Below are positions 11,780-23,100 of a DNA stretch of 64,000 bases, in pieces. How positions within the stretch are numbered: the first letter of the stretch is position 1; each line of letters starts with the position of its first letter. This stretch comes from an uncultured Gammaproteobacteria bacterium (lineage in GTDB: Bacteria > Patescibacteriota > Microgenomatia > UBA1406 > HO2-37-13b): contig CAYQYZ010000002.1 in assembly GCA_964422025.1 (NCBI GenBank), positions 3,765 through 67,764 on the forward strand, in the 5' to 3' direction. The notes under the pieces are model-generated. The model was not told the DNA's origin. It made no database searches and saw only the letters and a program-made list of their open reading frames with translations. A program made the position numbers and the translations under genes.

Positions 11780-14353
11780 TTATATCACAAAGTTCAATAC
11801 TCTACCCGCAACATAAATGACTTTATATTCTTTCCCGTCAATATACCGTTGCACGCCATCAAGCTTTAGGGCTTGCGATAAAACTAACTCCTCAGTCGCC
11901 TGTGAAGATTGCATGCTTACGATGCCTCGGACTTTACCTTGTACTTGAATTGCAATTGTTACCTGCTTTTCAAGTGTAAGAGAATCGTCCTTTTGAGGCC
12001 ATGGGGCAATATGGATGCTTTCTTTTTGACCAAACACATCACGCCAAATATGATCACTCATGTACGGAGCGAACGGAGCAAGCAATTTTAGGAAATCTTG
12101 AGCTCCTTGCATACTAAGCATCTCATCCTTTGACTCTTCCCACAGGTTCAAAAATTTCATTAAAGCAGAAATGCACGTGTTGAACTTCACGTTCGTAATA
12201 TCTGAGTCAATAGTAGAAATGACACTTTGAAGCTCTGCGTCTAATGTGTTTGATATATGACCTGTTGACTTAGCGAACTTATCAGACGAGTAGTACAACT
12301 GCCAGGTCCTACTTATAAAACGATACGCACCTTGCATTGCGGCCGTTGACCACGCGACTTCCTGCCCAAATGGGGCCATAAACATTTCATATACTCGCAG
12401 TGTATCAGCACCAAATTCATCGATCACGTCATTAGGGTTAATTACGTTTCCTAATGACTTACTCATTTTACGGCTATCAGTAGCAAGGACCATGCCTACG
12501 TTGCGTAATCGAGTGAAAGGTTCCTTAAAATCAACCAAGCCAATATCATTTAAAGCTTTCATCCAGAAGCGCGAGTACAGCAAATGAAGTACTGCGTGCT
12601 CGGCCCCACCAATGTACCAGTCAATGGGATTCCAAGCCATAGCAGGCGGTTTGATGAGGTCATTCCAGGCTTGCAAAGATGGTTTGGTATTAGTTGGAAA
12701 ATCATCGCCACGGGGAAAGTATAAAAAGTACCAGCAGCTCCCTGCCCAGTTTGGCATGGTGTCCGTTTCGCGGGTTGCTGGTTTTTTACAATGCGGACAC
12801 GTGGTGTTTACAAATTCTGGGATTTGAGAAAGTGGTGATTGACCCGTTTCGGTTGGTTCATATGAGTCGACATACGGGAGTGTTAATGGTAACTGATCAT
12901 CAGATAATGGAAACCACCCATATAAAGAATCCTCAATTTCACCTACAAATTCTGATATCTTTTGAGCTATTTTAGGAGTATTTGGATATAGGTTTTGGTC
13001 ATTTTGGACGGTTGACCAATATGACACTTTATCATCAGCACAGGCCCTGCAAAACACCATAGGGATCGGTTCCCCCCAATATCGCTGTCGCGAAAAAACC
13101 CAATCGCGAAGATGATATGATGTTTTCTTTTCTCCGATTTTTTCTTTGGTAGACCATTCAATAAATTCTGCAGTAACTGCCGTAACTTCTTTTCCGGTGA
13201 ATGGACCAGAATCGAGTAATGTTCCACTACCTTCATGAGCATTTACTGGGGTATCGGTTTCGCTTTTTACCACTTCACGTAATGGAATATTGTACTTTTG
13301 GGCAAATTCGACATCGCGAACGTCGTGGGCTGAACATCGAATCGCTCCGGTTCCAAACGACATAAGGGCAAAATTTGCAATCCAGATGGGCATTTTTTCA
13401 TTCGGTCTAAATGGATCGGTTGCGTATAGTCCGGTGAATACGCCTGTTTTTTCTTTGCTCTGAGCCCGATCGTTGGGTGCAATAGAGCGAATTTCGGTAA
13501 CATAATTTACTACCTCAGGACTTGCTCCACTCTTTAATACCTTATCAACTAATGGATGCTCGGGTGCTACGACTAAATATGTATCTGCAAAACTCCATGC
13601 CGGGTATGCGGTAAACGTATCTAAAACATACTCCATTCCTTCTACCTGGTGGTGAATTACCATCCCCTCTTTCTTCCCAATCCAATTGCGCTGCATTTGC
13701 AGAATTCCTGAAGGCCAATCAAGACCGTCAAGATCGGCAAGCAAGTCATCGGCATACTTAGTAATTCTAAAAATCCACTGTGGTAATATGCGCTCCTCGA
13801 CCTTATTCCCACATCGTTCATGCGTGCCATCGGCTAAAACCTCTTCAAGAGCCAAACCTGTTTTACAACTCGGGCAATAAAAAATAGGCGTTTCTTTTTT
13901 ATGCAAAAGGCCCATTTTAAAAAACTGAATAAACAGCCACTGAGTCCATTGGTAATATGATGGATCGGTCGTCGAGAATTCTTTAGACCAATCATATGAC
14001 AGTCCGATTCGTTGCATTTGTAGTTTAAAATTCGCGATATTTTGGGGAACAATATCTATAGGGTTCCTTTTGAGCTTAATGGCTGCGTTTTCAGCAGGCA
14101 AGCCAAAGGCGTCCCATCCCATGGGGTGCAGAACCGATTCCCCTTTCATCCGATGGTATCGAGCAAGCACATCGGTTCCTGTGTATACACGGGCGTGACC
14201 AGTGTGAAGTCCGGAACCAGAAGGATACGGGAACATTACTAAGGTGTAGGACTTATTATTACCAGGAGTTGCAGTCGCTTTATACGTACCCTCAGTCTCC
14301 CACTTTTGAGCAATCACGGGTTCAATATCTTTTGGAATATATTTACGATACAT
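11780..14353 (-). CDS. leuS: Leucyl-tRNA synthetase
   Basis: MFPYPSGSGLHTGHARVYTGTDVLARYHRMKG (HIGH-type), KMSKSLGN. The likely start is MYRKYIPKDIE at 14353. Confidence 0.95.
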   Translation of the reverse strand: MYRKYIPKDIEPVIAQKWETEGTYKATATPGNNKSYTLVMFPYPSGSGLHTGHARVYTGTDVLARYHRMKGESVLHPMGWDAFGLPAENAAIKLKRNPIDIVPQNIANFKLQMQRIGLSYDWSKEFSTTDPSYYQWTQWLFIQFFKMGLLHKKETPIFYCPSCKTGLALEEVLADGTHERCGNKVEERILPQWIFRITKYADDLLADLDGLDWPSGILQMQRNWIGKKEGMVIHHQVEGMEYVLDTFTAYPAWSFADTYLVVAPEHPLVDKVLKSGASPEVVNYVTEIRSIAPNDRAQSKEKTGVFTGLYATDPFRPNEKMPIWIANFALMSFGTGAIRCSAHDVRDVEFAQKYNIPLREVVKSETDTPVNAHEGSGTLLDSGPFTGKEVTAVTAEFIEWSTKEKIGEKKTSYHLRDWVFSRQRYWGEPIPMVFCRACADDKVSYWSTVQNDQNLYPNTPKIAQKISEFVGEIEDSLYGWFPLSDDQLPLTLPYVDSYEPTETGQSPLSQIPEFVNTTCPHCKKPATRETDTMPNWAGSCWYFLYFPRGDDFPTNTKPSLQAWNDLIKPPAMAWNPIDWYIGGAEHAVLHLLYSRFWMKALNDIGLVDFKEPFTRLRNVGMVLATDSRKMSKSLGNVINPNDVIDEFGADTLRVYEMFMAPFGQEVAWSTAAMQGAYRFISRTWQLYYSSDKFAKSTGHISNTLDAELQSVISTIDSDITNVKFNTCISALMKFLNLWEESKDEMLSMQGAQDFLKLLAPFAPYMSDHIWRDVFGQKESIHIAPWPQKDDSLTLEKQVTIAIQVQGKVRGIVSMQSSQATEELVLSQALKLDGVQRYIDGKEYKVIYVAGRVLNFVI

Positions 14354-14429
14354 ACGACATATTATACAACACGATCCTATGATTGCTTTTTTTCTTGGAA
14401 ACATTCATAATGATAGTACGATAAGACGT

Positions 14430-14942
14430 ATGAAAAAATACCACACATTACTTGCATACTACAGTTTGATTATTTCAACACTATTAATTGTATGGTCAAC
14501 AATTTTTGTATCAAAGCATAGTGGATATATACTAGCGCTTTTAATCCTTCCAATTAGTGTGTATTTTTGGATACTTGTGACGGGTAAATTACCTCATGTA
14601 CATACCGAAGACAGTTCTTCAGATTCAAGTCAGACCATTTTTACCTTTTTACTTACCATTGCCTTTATTATTAGTTCCGCGAGTATTGTTCTGTATATTG
14701 CTGTTCTTGGATTACAACCAAAAAGTTCGCAGCAAACCCAAACGCTTCCCGATCTAACGAAGCTAGAAAAACAAATGCAATCAATTAAACACAATAATGA
14801 ACTATTGGAGAAGGTGGTTATTAAGCTTGACATACTTGAAACCAATATTAATAAGCTCGATGTGGAAACATCAATTCCTACGAGCAGCCCTGAAGCATCT
14901 ATGGAAGCCCGGATCAAAGAATTATTAAAAACATCGAATTAA
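14430..14942 (+). CDS. Small membrane protein (3 TM) with C-terminal coiled coil; paralog family member 1
   Basis: Hydrophobic helices. It shares the motif YILALLILPISVYFWILV with the next two genes. The start MKKYHTLL at 14430 is preferred over the track start 14379, which would overlap leuS. Confidence 0.6.
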   Translation: MKKYHTLLAYYSLIISTLLIVWSTIFVSKHSGYILALLILPISVYFWILVTGKLPHVHTEDSSSDSSQTIFTFLLTIAFIISSASIVLYIAVLGLQPKSSQQTQTLPDLTKLEKQMQSIKHNNELLEKVVIKLDILETNINKLDVETSIPTSSPEASMEARIKELLKTSN

Positions 14943-14945
14943 ATT

Positions 14946-15497
14946 ATGCGTTTAGTTGAAAAGATTTTCTTTGTTTATTGCACAGCACTTGCACTTTTTT
15001 TCACAGTCGCAGCTACGGTCGTACTGTTTAAAGGTAACAATTATATATTAATACTTTTTATACTTCCAATTCCTGGCTACTTTGTATATTATATGGTTCT
15101 TGCACTTGCAAAACGAAGATCTTTACCTCAAGGCTCAACTTCACGAACGTTTATTTTAATGGTAATACTATGTCTATGTTTATTAACATCCTATGCGGTA
15201 AGTAAAATATACATTCAGCCAAATGCGAGCAAATCACAAGCTAGGTGGCAAAAATTAATACAGCCAAGCATAACTCCTAGTAAGAACTTAGGGTACATTG
15301 AAGTTGATCCTGAACAAGCATCAGATTCGTGGGTCAACCTGCGCAATAACCCTTCTACAGAAGCGGCAGTAATTGGAAAAGCAACAGTTGGAAAAAAATA
15401 CTCTATATTAGTGATACGATCAAATTGGATTAAAATCCAAATGGACGCATCAAGTTCGGCATGGATTAGTAAAAAATTTATAAAAAATACACAATGA
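14946..15497 (+). CDS. Small membrane protein (3 TM) with C-terminal bacterial SH3-like domain; paralog family member 2
   Basis: YILILFILPIPGYFVYYMV motif. The C-terminus GYIEVDPEQASDSWVNLRNNPSTEAAVIGKATVGKKYSILVIRSNWIKIQ resembles SH3b. Confidence 0.65.
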   Translation: MRLVEKIFFVYCTALALFFTVAATVVLFKGNNYILILFILPIPGYFVYYMVLALAKRRSLPQGSTSRTFILMVILCLCLLTSYAVSKIYIQPNASKSQARWQKLIQPSITPSKNLGYIEVDPEQASDSWVNLRNNPSTEAAVIGKATVGKKYSILVIRSNWIKIQMDASSSAWISKKFIKNTQ

Positions 15498-16147
15498 AAA
15501 AGATAATACTAATTTATAATGTGGCAATAATAACGGTCGTTACATTTATAGGATTCATAGAATCAACGTCATACGCACAACTTATAAGCAGTATTATTTT
15601 CTTTCCGCTCACGATTTATTTCTGGAGGATGATCGTTCCTTCAACTGCAAGCACACCAAATGTTGCTTTAAAAAAAGCAGCTGTACTTAAGAAAGCAAAA
15701 AAGATTGATGCTAAACCAGAAGATGCCCCTATTAAACTCACTGAGTTAGATGAGATAAAAGATACGGACGTAGATAATAACCGACGTATGTTTTTACGAC
15801 TTATTGGATCTGCGGGCGTGTCTGTTTTTATTCTTTCAATATTTACAGGCAAAGCTGAAGCGGCATTTTTTGGAAGTAACCCTGGTCCTGGTACTATTGG
15901 AGTCAAAGATTCATCGGGAACACTTATCGATCCATCCGAAAAACAACCAACCGATGGATACAACATTTCACAAGTAGATGATGAAATACCTTCATACTAT
16001 GGTTATGTAAATAAAACAGGCGCTTGGTACATTGTAAAAGAAGATGCTACGGGAGCATATAGATATGTGAAAGGAGCAAGTAGTTTTTCAACTAATTGGA
16101 CAAATCGCGCTAGCTTAACATATGACTATTTTGATTCTATTTTTTAA
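15494..16147 (+). CDS. Membrane protein: 2-TM paralog module + internal twin-arginine-like signal + globular C-terminal domain
   Basis: SSIIFFPLTIYFWRMIV motif, then DVDNNRRMFLRLIGSAGVSVFILSIFTGKAEA-AFF at residues 93-123 (nt ~15770-15862). ATGA overlap with the upstream gene. Confidence 0.65.
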   Translation: MKKIILIYNVAIITVVTFIGFIESTSYAQLISSIIFFPLTIYFWRMIVPSTASTPNVALKKAAVLKKAKKIDAKPEDAPIKLTELDEIKDTDVDNNRRMFLRLIGSAGVSVFILSIFTGKAEAAFFGSNPGPGTIGVKDSSGTLIDPSEKQPTDGYNISQVDDEIPSYYGYVNKTGAWYIVKEDATGAYRYVKGASSFSTNWTNRASLTYDYFDSIF

Positions 16148-16177
16148 GTTTTTATGCTATAGTAACTAAATATTTCT

Positions 16178-16672
16178 ATGCCAACTAATCAGACTCTTTT
16201 CGTTACCGACATTAATGGCTCAGTTAGAGAATGTTTAAATATTTCACATGACACGACATACCCGGGATACGTGAAGGTGGAATTTTCTTCTAACAGAAAT
16301 GCTCCAGCGACATATTTTGAGTGGTACCCGGTAGATGATTTTATTCAAAATAATCCAACACTTGCCCATATTGTAAAGAAAGGCAAGCAACCAGCAGATG
16401 ATGATTTGGGTACAGTAACCCGCGCTACATTTACTACAATCACTGATAAGACCAAATCATGGCAACCAGGTATTTACAAAGGTATTCCCCTATGGATTTC
16501 TCGAGGAATTGGCGAAGGACAAGTTAGAAATGTAACAGATAATACGCATAATTCGCTCACTATCGATGAAAAATTTGACATTAAACCTGACAAAACATCG
16601 CAATATGTTCTATCGTATAATGTACATAATCCAACCGTTATGAATAATGCATTACCAGAAAATGAAAATTGA
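16178..16672 (+). CDS. Hypothetical cytoplasmic protein (164 aa)
   Basis: Intact ORF in the same-strand cluster. No signal peptide and no motif I recognise. Confidence 0.55.
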   Translation: MPTNQTLFVTDINGSVRECLNISHDTTYPGYVKVEFSSNRNAPATYFEWYPVDDFIQNNPTLAHIVKKGKQPADDDLGTVTRATFTTITDKTKSWQPGIYKGIPLWISRGIGEGQVRNVTDNTHNSLTIDEKFDIKPDKTSQYVLSYNVHNPTVMNNALPENEN

Positions 16673-17111
16673 ATATTTTTTAGGCGGAGCAGCTGGATTG
16701 GTTATTTTTGGATACGTTTTAGATATCCTTGCTGGACCACTTACGTTAGTTATTAATTCCCCGTTTGATTTTCTTACGCCGGTTATGCTTTCTACCTATC
16801 CATTCACGGCCGTATCGGTTGGCGCAAAGACAGTTGCCATTTTTGTTAGTACGGTAATGATTGTAACTACTGCTGGGGGCACTAAGTATAGTTTGCAATC
16901 AATAATTGTTTTTATTATGGCAGCACTTATGGAACTTTTTGCAATTCAACAAATAGCAACTCACGGCAATAACGTTTCTATGCAGTGGAATTTAGCATTT
17001 GCATTCTCTGGCGTATTACTTGTAGTTCCTGCAGTTATATATATGATTATGGCGATGGTAAAATCTGCACATAAAAATTTAGTGGCAGATCCGTACGAAT
17101 CTGACTCGTAG
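16662..17111 (+). CDS. Hypothetical polytopic membrane protein (~4 TM)
   Basis: MKIEYFLGGAAGLVIFGYVLDILAG... with four hydrophobic segments. The ATG at 16662 overlaps the upstream stop by 11 nt (track start 16647). Confidence 0.6.
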   Translation: MKIEYFLGGAAGLVIFGYVLDILAGPLTLVINSPFDFLTPVMLSTYPFTAVSVGAKTVAIFVSTVMIVTTAGGTKYSLQSIIVFIMAALMELFAIQQIATHGNNVSMQWNLAFAFSGVLLVVPAVIYMIMAMVKSAHKNLVADPYESDS

Positions 17112-17160
17112 CACTACCGGTGAAACAATTCGTCGTCAGTAAGGATGCTAGCAAAACTTT

Positions 17161-17189
17161 TCGACAAGGTCAGAAGAATATGCTAAATT
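17161..17189 (+). promoter_or_regulatory. Sigma70-type promoter of the giant gene (leaderless arrangement)
   Basis: TCGACA-N17-TAAATT, then 6 nt, then ATG 17196. Confidence 0.45.
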
Positions 17190-17195
17190 TATAGT

Positions 17196-20100
17196 ATGGC
17201 AACAATTACAATCGATCGAAGTATTAATGCAGATGATGCATTTGCAATGTCTGCGGGTATCACATTTGTTGCTCTCGCATCTGGATCTGCATCATACCAA
17301 ACTCAACCGACAGGTATTACCACGTGGACAACAGCGACTATTGTTCAATCCTCTGCTTGGCAATCTGTGTGTTATGGAAACAATATTGTTGTTGCAGTAA
17401 GCTCCACATCTGGAACAATCGCTGCTACTTCCCCGGCTGGTGTCACCGCGACATGGACATTACGGACAATGCCCGCAACAGCAAGCTGGTATGCAGTTGC
17501 ATATGGCTTATCGAAATTTGTCGCAGTGACAGGTGGTGCTTCAACTGTTGGAGCTTATTCGATTGACGGAGCAAAGTGGACACTCACGGGTGCACTGACA
17601 ACAAGCGGAGACTGGAGAGCCCTGACTTTTGGAAATGATCGCTTTGTTGCACTTTCGTACAACAGCACAAACACGAACTATTCAACAAATGGTACAACGT
17701 GGAGTGCAGGAGGTGCACTTCCTGCGACTCGTAACTGGACATCGGTGACCTATGGAGAGAGCACCTTTGTCGCAGTTGCCTCAGGAACTGATAAAGGAGC
17801 ATACTCGACAGACGGCGGAGTCAACTGGACAGAAATGACGATGCCATCATCTTCAAACTGGAATTCGGTCACGTATGGAAACGGAACGTTTGTCGCTGTA
17901 AGTAATACGTCGGGGACTATCGCAGCATATTCTGCTAATGGTATCGCTTGGACTTCTGCAACACTCCCAAACACACGAACCTGGGTTGCTGTCGCATTTG
18001 GGAATAACCTATTCACAGCAATTGCCAGCACTTCAACAACAGGAGCAGCATTTAGCTATGACGGTGTCAGTTGGAGTGGAGGCTCCATTGCAACTGTTTC
18101 GCAAGCAATTAGCTGTATGTGCCACACGCCCACCACCTGGAACTCAAACGACACACTTGTTATTACAAACAATTCAACTCTCACTGTCAATACAGACCAA
18201 AGTAAATTCTGGGGCTTCATAACCCTCACGAACGGAAAACTGCTCATTACAAATTCATCTACATCCACGGGTATCCGCTTTACCATGGGTCGCGTATCTG
18301 GGGCAGCTGCCGCGACTATCACTCCGGGATCAGGTATTGGAGATATTGAAATTACGGGAGACTGGATCGAGTTAGGTACCGGAGATGGAAGCTCTGGACA
18401 AACTATGACAGCCCCCTTCTCAGACTACATTGCGGCGCTCTGGGTCGAAACGGCATCTGGTTCGGGAATCTATGAACAGTGGCTCAATGCAACCGGCTCA
18501 TACAGCGACGCGTCCCCTATTCTCCGCGAAGGATTTGCAGCAATCGGGTCAGGTAGACGAGGTAAATTTTTCATCCAACAGGCAAATGCATCTCCGTATG
18601 GACCAACTATCCTCAACGGGACAGATGGAAGTATCGCACAAAAACTCATTACTGTTGACTCAACCACAGGACTCTATCCAGGCGCTTCGATTCTTGGCCC
18701 CGGAATCCCTGCAAACACGGTCGTGAATCGGGTCATTTCATCCACCCTCCTTGAAACAAATGCCATCTCCACGACTGAACTCTCCCCTGATTGGACCTCA
18801 GTCGCATATGGAAACAGTGTTTACGTGGCAGTGTCCGGTACCAGCTCAAACATAGCAGCAACATCTGCTGATGGGGTTACCTGGACCAAACGAACACTTC
18901 CATTTGTGGCTAACTGGAACTCAGTTTGTTATGGAGCAACGAGTGCCTTGTTTGTGGCAGTCTGTTCAGATGTGACGACAACTGGAGGAACTGCCATTGG
19001 GTCGAGATTTTGTGCAACAAGCCCTGATGGCATTACGTGGACAAGGCGTGCTATTCCACTCCCTTCTGTACTTGCTCAAAACTGGACATCAGTTGCTACC
19101 AACGGCACAAGCTTTGTCGCAGTTGGATCACTTGCAGACGGAACCGCCACGACAGTAGGTGCGTATTCTGCTGACGGGATCACCTGGTCAGCATCAACCA
19201 TGACCTCAGCAATATGGCGTTCAGTCACCTATGGTGCTGGTGCGGCCAACAGATATGTTGCCGTTTCAAGCACGACTATTTCTAACTGGGACGCGGACGG
19301 AACAGGCACATGGACAAACGGTGGTGCTATGACATCCGCAAACTATTTGAGCATCGCATGGAATGGAACGCGCTTTTATGCAGTTTCTGGTTCAAGCACG
19401 GTCAGTATGTGGTCCACAGATGCTACATCTTGGACGACGGGTGCTGTACTGAACAACTCGACGAGTCGCGGAGTCGCTTGGGACGGAACAAACTTCGTAA
19501 TCGTTTCAACAACAAACTCAGTTAACACATCCAGAACCCCTGCAGGTACGACGGGGACGCTCACCAACACAACCATGGCAGCAGCCAATGCAAACAACTG
19601 GACGGCGGTGTGCGCAAATGGAACAACGTTGGTAGCTGTATCATCCTCATCAAACTTGAGAAGTGCAGCGTTGACCTCCACAGACTCTGGAGCCAACTGG
19701 ACACTTCAAACGGGAACTCCTCTGGACGTATCACTTACCTGTTATAACCCGTATGTATCCCAACTTTCAAATACAGTCGAATTTGGCGACAACATCAATG
19801 GAAATAAGGTTCCCTCAGGGGCAAAAGTCAGATGTCCCAACATCATGTTTACATCTGCAGTGCCCGTCAACATCCAAACAGCATCCTCCATCGTCGGAGC
19901 AAACATGGTCATGACTGCAGGAGGATCACTTGTCGCCAATACCTGCTTGTTTGATGAGTCATACAACACCTTTAATCAGGCAGAAACACTTTCCCTCACA
20001 AATGTTGGTTTCTCTATCCCACCACTCATCAATGAATCGTATGGTGTCACGTTTAATAGTGTTGGCTTTGCCCTTGAGCCAGTCCGCCGGTATTACACCT

Positions 20101-23100
20101 ACTCAGCGACTATTGGTTCGGATGGCTGGTTTACTCGCGATAGACGTTACGGAGCTGGAACGACCACTTGGACATACTTGAATAATGCAAGCATCACTGA
20201 TTTTAATTACTGCGTTGGCTCGCCAAAAGCACTCCAAGTGGCAGTTTCTTCAGTAACCGCCCCTGCGCCAATGTTAACCATCTCGTACACACAAAACTCA
20301 ACGTGGAGCTATGTCCGCTTTTACGCTCTCAATTGTGTCGCTTCCTTTCAAGATGCATTTAACTTCCTCACGAACTTTAATGACAACACGATGGAGCACC
20401 TGGAAATGTACGGTGTTGCCCCCATGCTGTTTCAGACTTCAAGCGGAAATACGTTTACAGATGTACGCATTGCAGAAGATATGTTTAATGGATATAGAAG
20501 CTTTCCGACCACGGGTGCACGCATCGGCAATGATCCAACTGCGCAGGCTAAACTCGTCGATGACACCAAGTACTATCTGAAAGTCCGAACTTTTTATGAC
20601 TGGAACAATCTTTCAAATTATGCAGAAGGCCGAACAGTATCTGCAACGCCGTTTATTGGAAGTAAATTTTTCCCAGCAATATTTGGAGCAATAAATACCG
20701 CCACTCGTGCCGTCACTCTGACATGGATCAGGCGTGACCCTACATCCAGCGGTGCAGCGGGAACGACGACGTATCAAATATTTAGAAGCACTTCACCAGG
20801 CTTTACTCCCAGCTCTGCAAACAGAATATTTGACACTTTGACCGTCGCAACCGTTTCATACCTCAACGGTTTTGTCGCGACCATAACCGCCACAGCGTCG
20901 CCCGTAAGAACAATTACGTTTGCTGCAGCAGGTAGAACAATCACCCTTGGTGGTGCTGGTGCAGGAAGCTTTACAACCGCAGGATTTGTGGCTGGAGGAA
21001 ATGTGGTTGTAGCCGGAACTGTTTCTAACAATGGCACGTACACCATACTATCTTTTACAGCGACTGTCATCACCCTGACCACCAATCACACCAATTTAGT
21101 CAATGAAACTGCTCCAAACGGCGCAACTCTCGATGGTCAACCACCTGTAAACGGCACAAGTTACTACTATAAATTACGCAAGCACGATGCAATCCTCACG
21201 GGTATAACAAGTGCTTCAGGGACCGTCGCAACGACTACCCTCACAACAGCTGGAAACTTTAATACGGGTCTTGGGTCAGTCATCAACCTTCAAGGAATAA
21301 GCGGGCAAACCAAAATCAGGATTCCCGTCAGATCTACCACCAACTTTATGGCAGCGAACATTTTCCCTGGCCTCACCCTTGCAGGAACAGGTATCGGATC
21401 AGGGGCAAAGGTTGTGAGCATCGACACCGCATGGCAGATAACCGTCGATGTGACCAATTCATCGACGTTTGTTGGGACAACAGCCACTTTGGGGTTAGCC
21501 AACGGGACAGCGCCTGACAACATCTACGTTGTTGGGCCCGGAATCGCCCGCCCAACACGCGTGGCATCTATCACAAACTCGACCACTTTAGAGGTTGATA
21601 CCGCATTTATTGCAACCCTTTCTGCTCAGGCGATATTTTTTGAATATGGGACAGACAGCGCAGAAGTTGAAGTTACCCCAAGCGGTCCGACTACTGCCGC
21701 ATTTAACTTCCTTACTCAATCAAATGACTTCACCCATGCCAACTGGGTAAAAACAAATCTCACCGCGACAGCAAACCAAGTCTCGGGACCAAATGATATT
21801 GGCTTTGGTATCGCCGCAGCTCCAACCGCCGACCGACTCGTTTCGACCGGCCCAACAGCAAAGGCTGTACAGACTATCACCTCATACCTGGAAGTCGGCG
21901 CTATCTATACTTTCTCCGTATATATCAGATGTGACGCTCATCATTATTCCCAAACTGTCTCGGGAAAGATTTCTATCAATACAACAGTTGCCACGGATCA
22001 AGCATTTACAGCATCAGGAGTCTGGCAACGAATCTCAGCTACTTTTACCGCAACCGCCGTCACGCATGAATTTACCATTCAGATGACAACAGAGGGAAGT
22101 TACATCTATGCCTCAAGTGCTCTGGTTAATCAGGGCTCCTCCGCTCTTGTCCCCATCACCACCACCACCGTAAAAACAGCTGTGGCAAGCGGTGGACGCA
22201 CACTGACTTTTGCATCAGGTATCGACGGAGCCAATACCATTACCGCCTCATCAGGCGACTTCACAACAGCACCTGCTTTTGCAATTGGAGACAGTATTAT
22301 TGTGCAAGGAACATCTGATAATGACGGCACCTATGTATTATCTGCTGTAACAACTACTGTATTGACAGTGACTCCAGCACAACCCCTAGTTACGGGTGCG
22401 GGAGCACAATCATCTGGCTCCATCGTCGGGTCTGTTCTTGCCTCAGCAGCCCAAGAGCTTACCTCTGCACTTGCGTGGTGCCGAGCAACTGGAGGTAACA
22501 CGTCAAATCAGGGTATTGAAGTTGCTTTTGCTGCATTGCCAACTGGATCATTTTGGACTGAGCTGTATGTTGGGACGACAGCAGGCTTTACACCATCTTC
22601 TATTAATCGCGTTGGTTATACTCTTAACTTGCTTGGAGCTTCAACCTCCTTTTACCTCCTCAACTCCAATAACAACATTATCGACACGCTCGCTCAGGAA
22701 GGATACGGCGGATATTCTGGTACACGAGTATTCTTGCGAGGTGCTTCGAACAACAAATTCCTCGATTGGAACATTGACTTTAACTATGGTGCTGTACCTG
22801 CTATCGGAGATGTCGCAAATCTTTCCAACGACAATATCTTTGACGACTTCACCGTCAAAAACTTTAGAAACCTCAACACCTCACCGTTTATTTCTATTAA
22901 TGATAGTAGTGGACTTACCCTTCAAAACATCACCATTGAGCAAGCAAATGATATCCCCTATTCACTTCAATCATTAAACACCATTCTCAAGGGTGTGACG
23001 GGAGCCAATGCCGCTCAAGCAACGAACGCCACAACATATTTCTTCGGAGCAGGCGCATTTGCAACTGACGGACTTGCCATCGCCTATCAAGCCGTGTATG

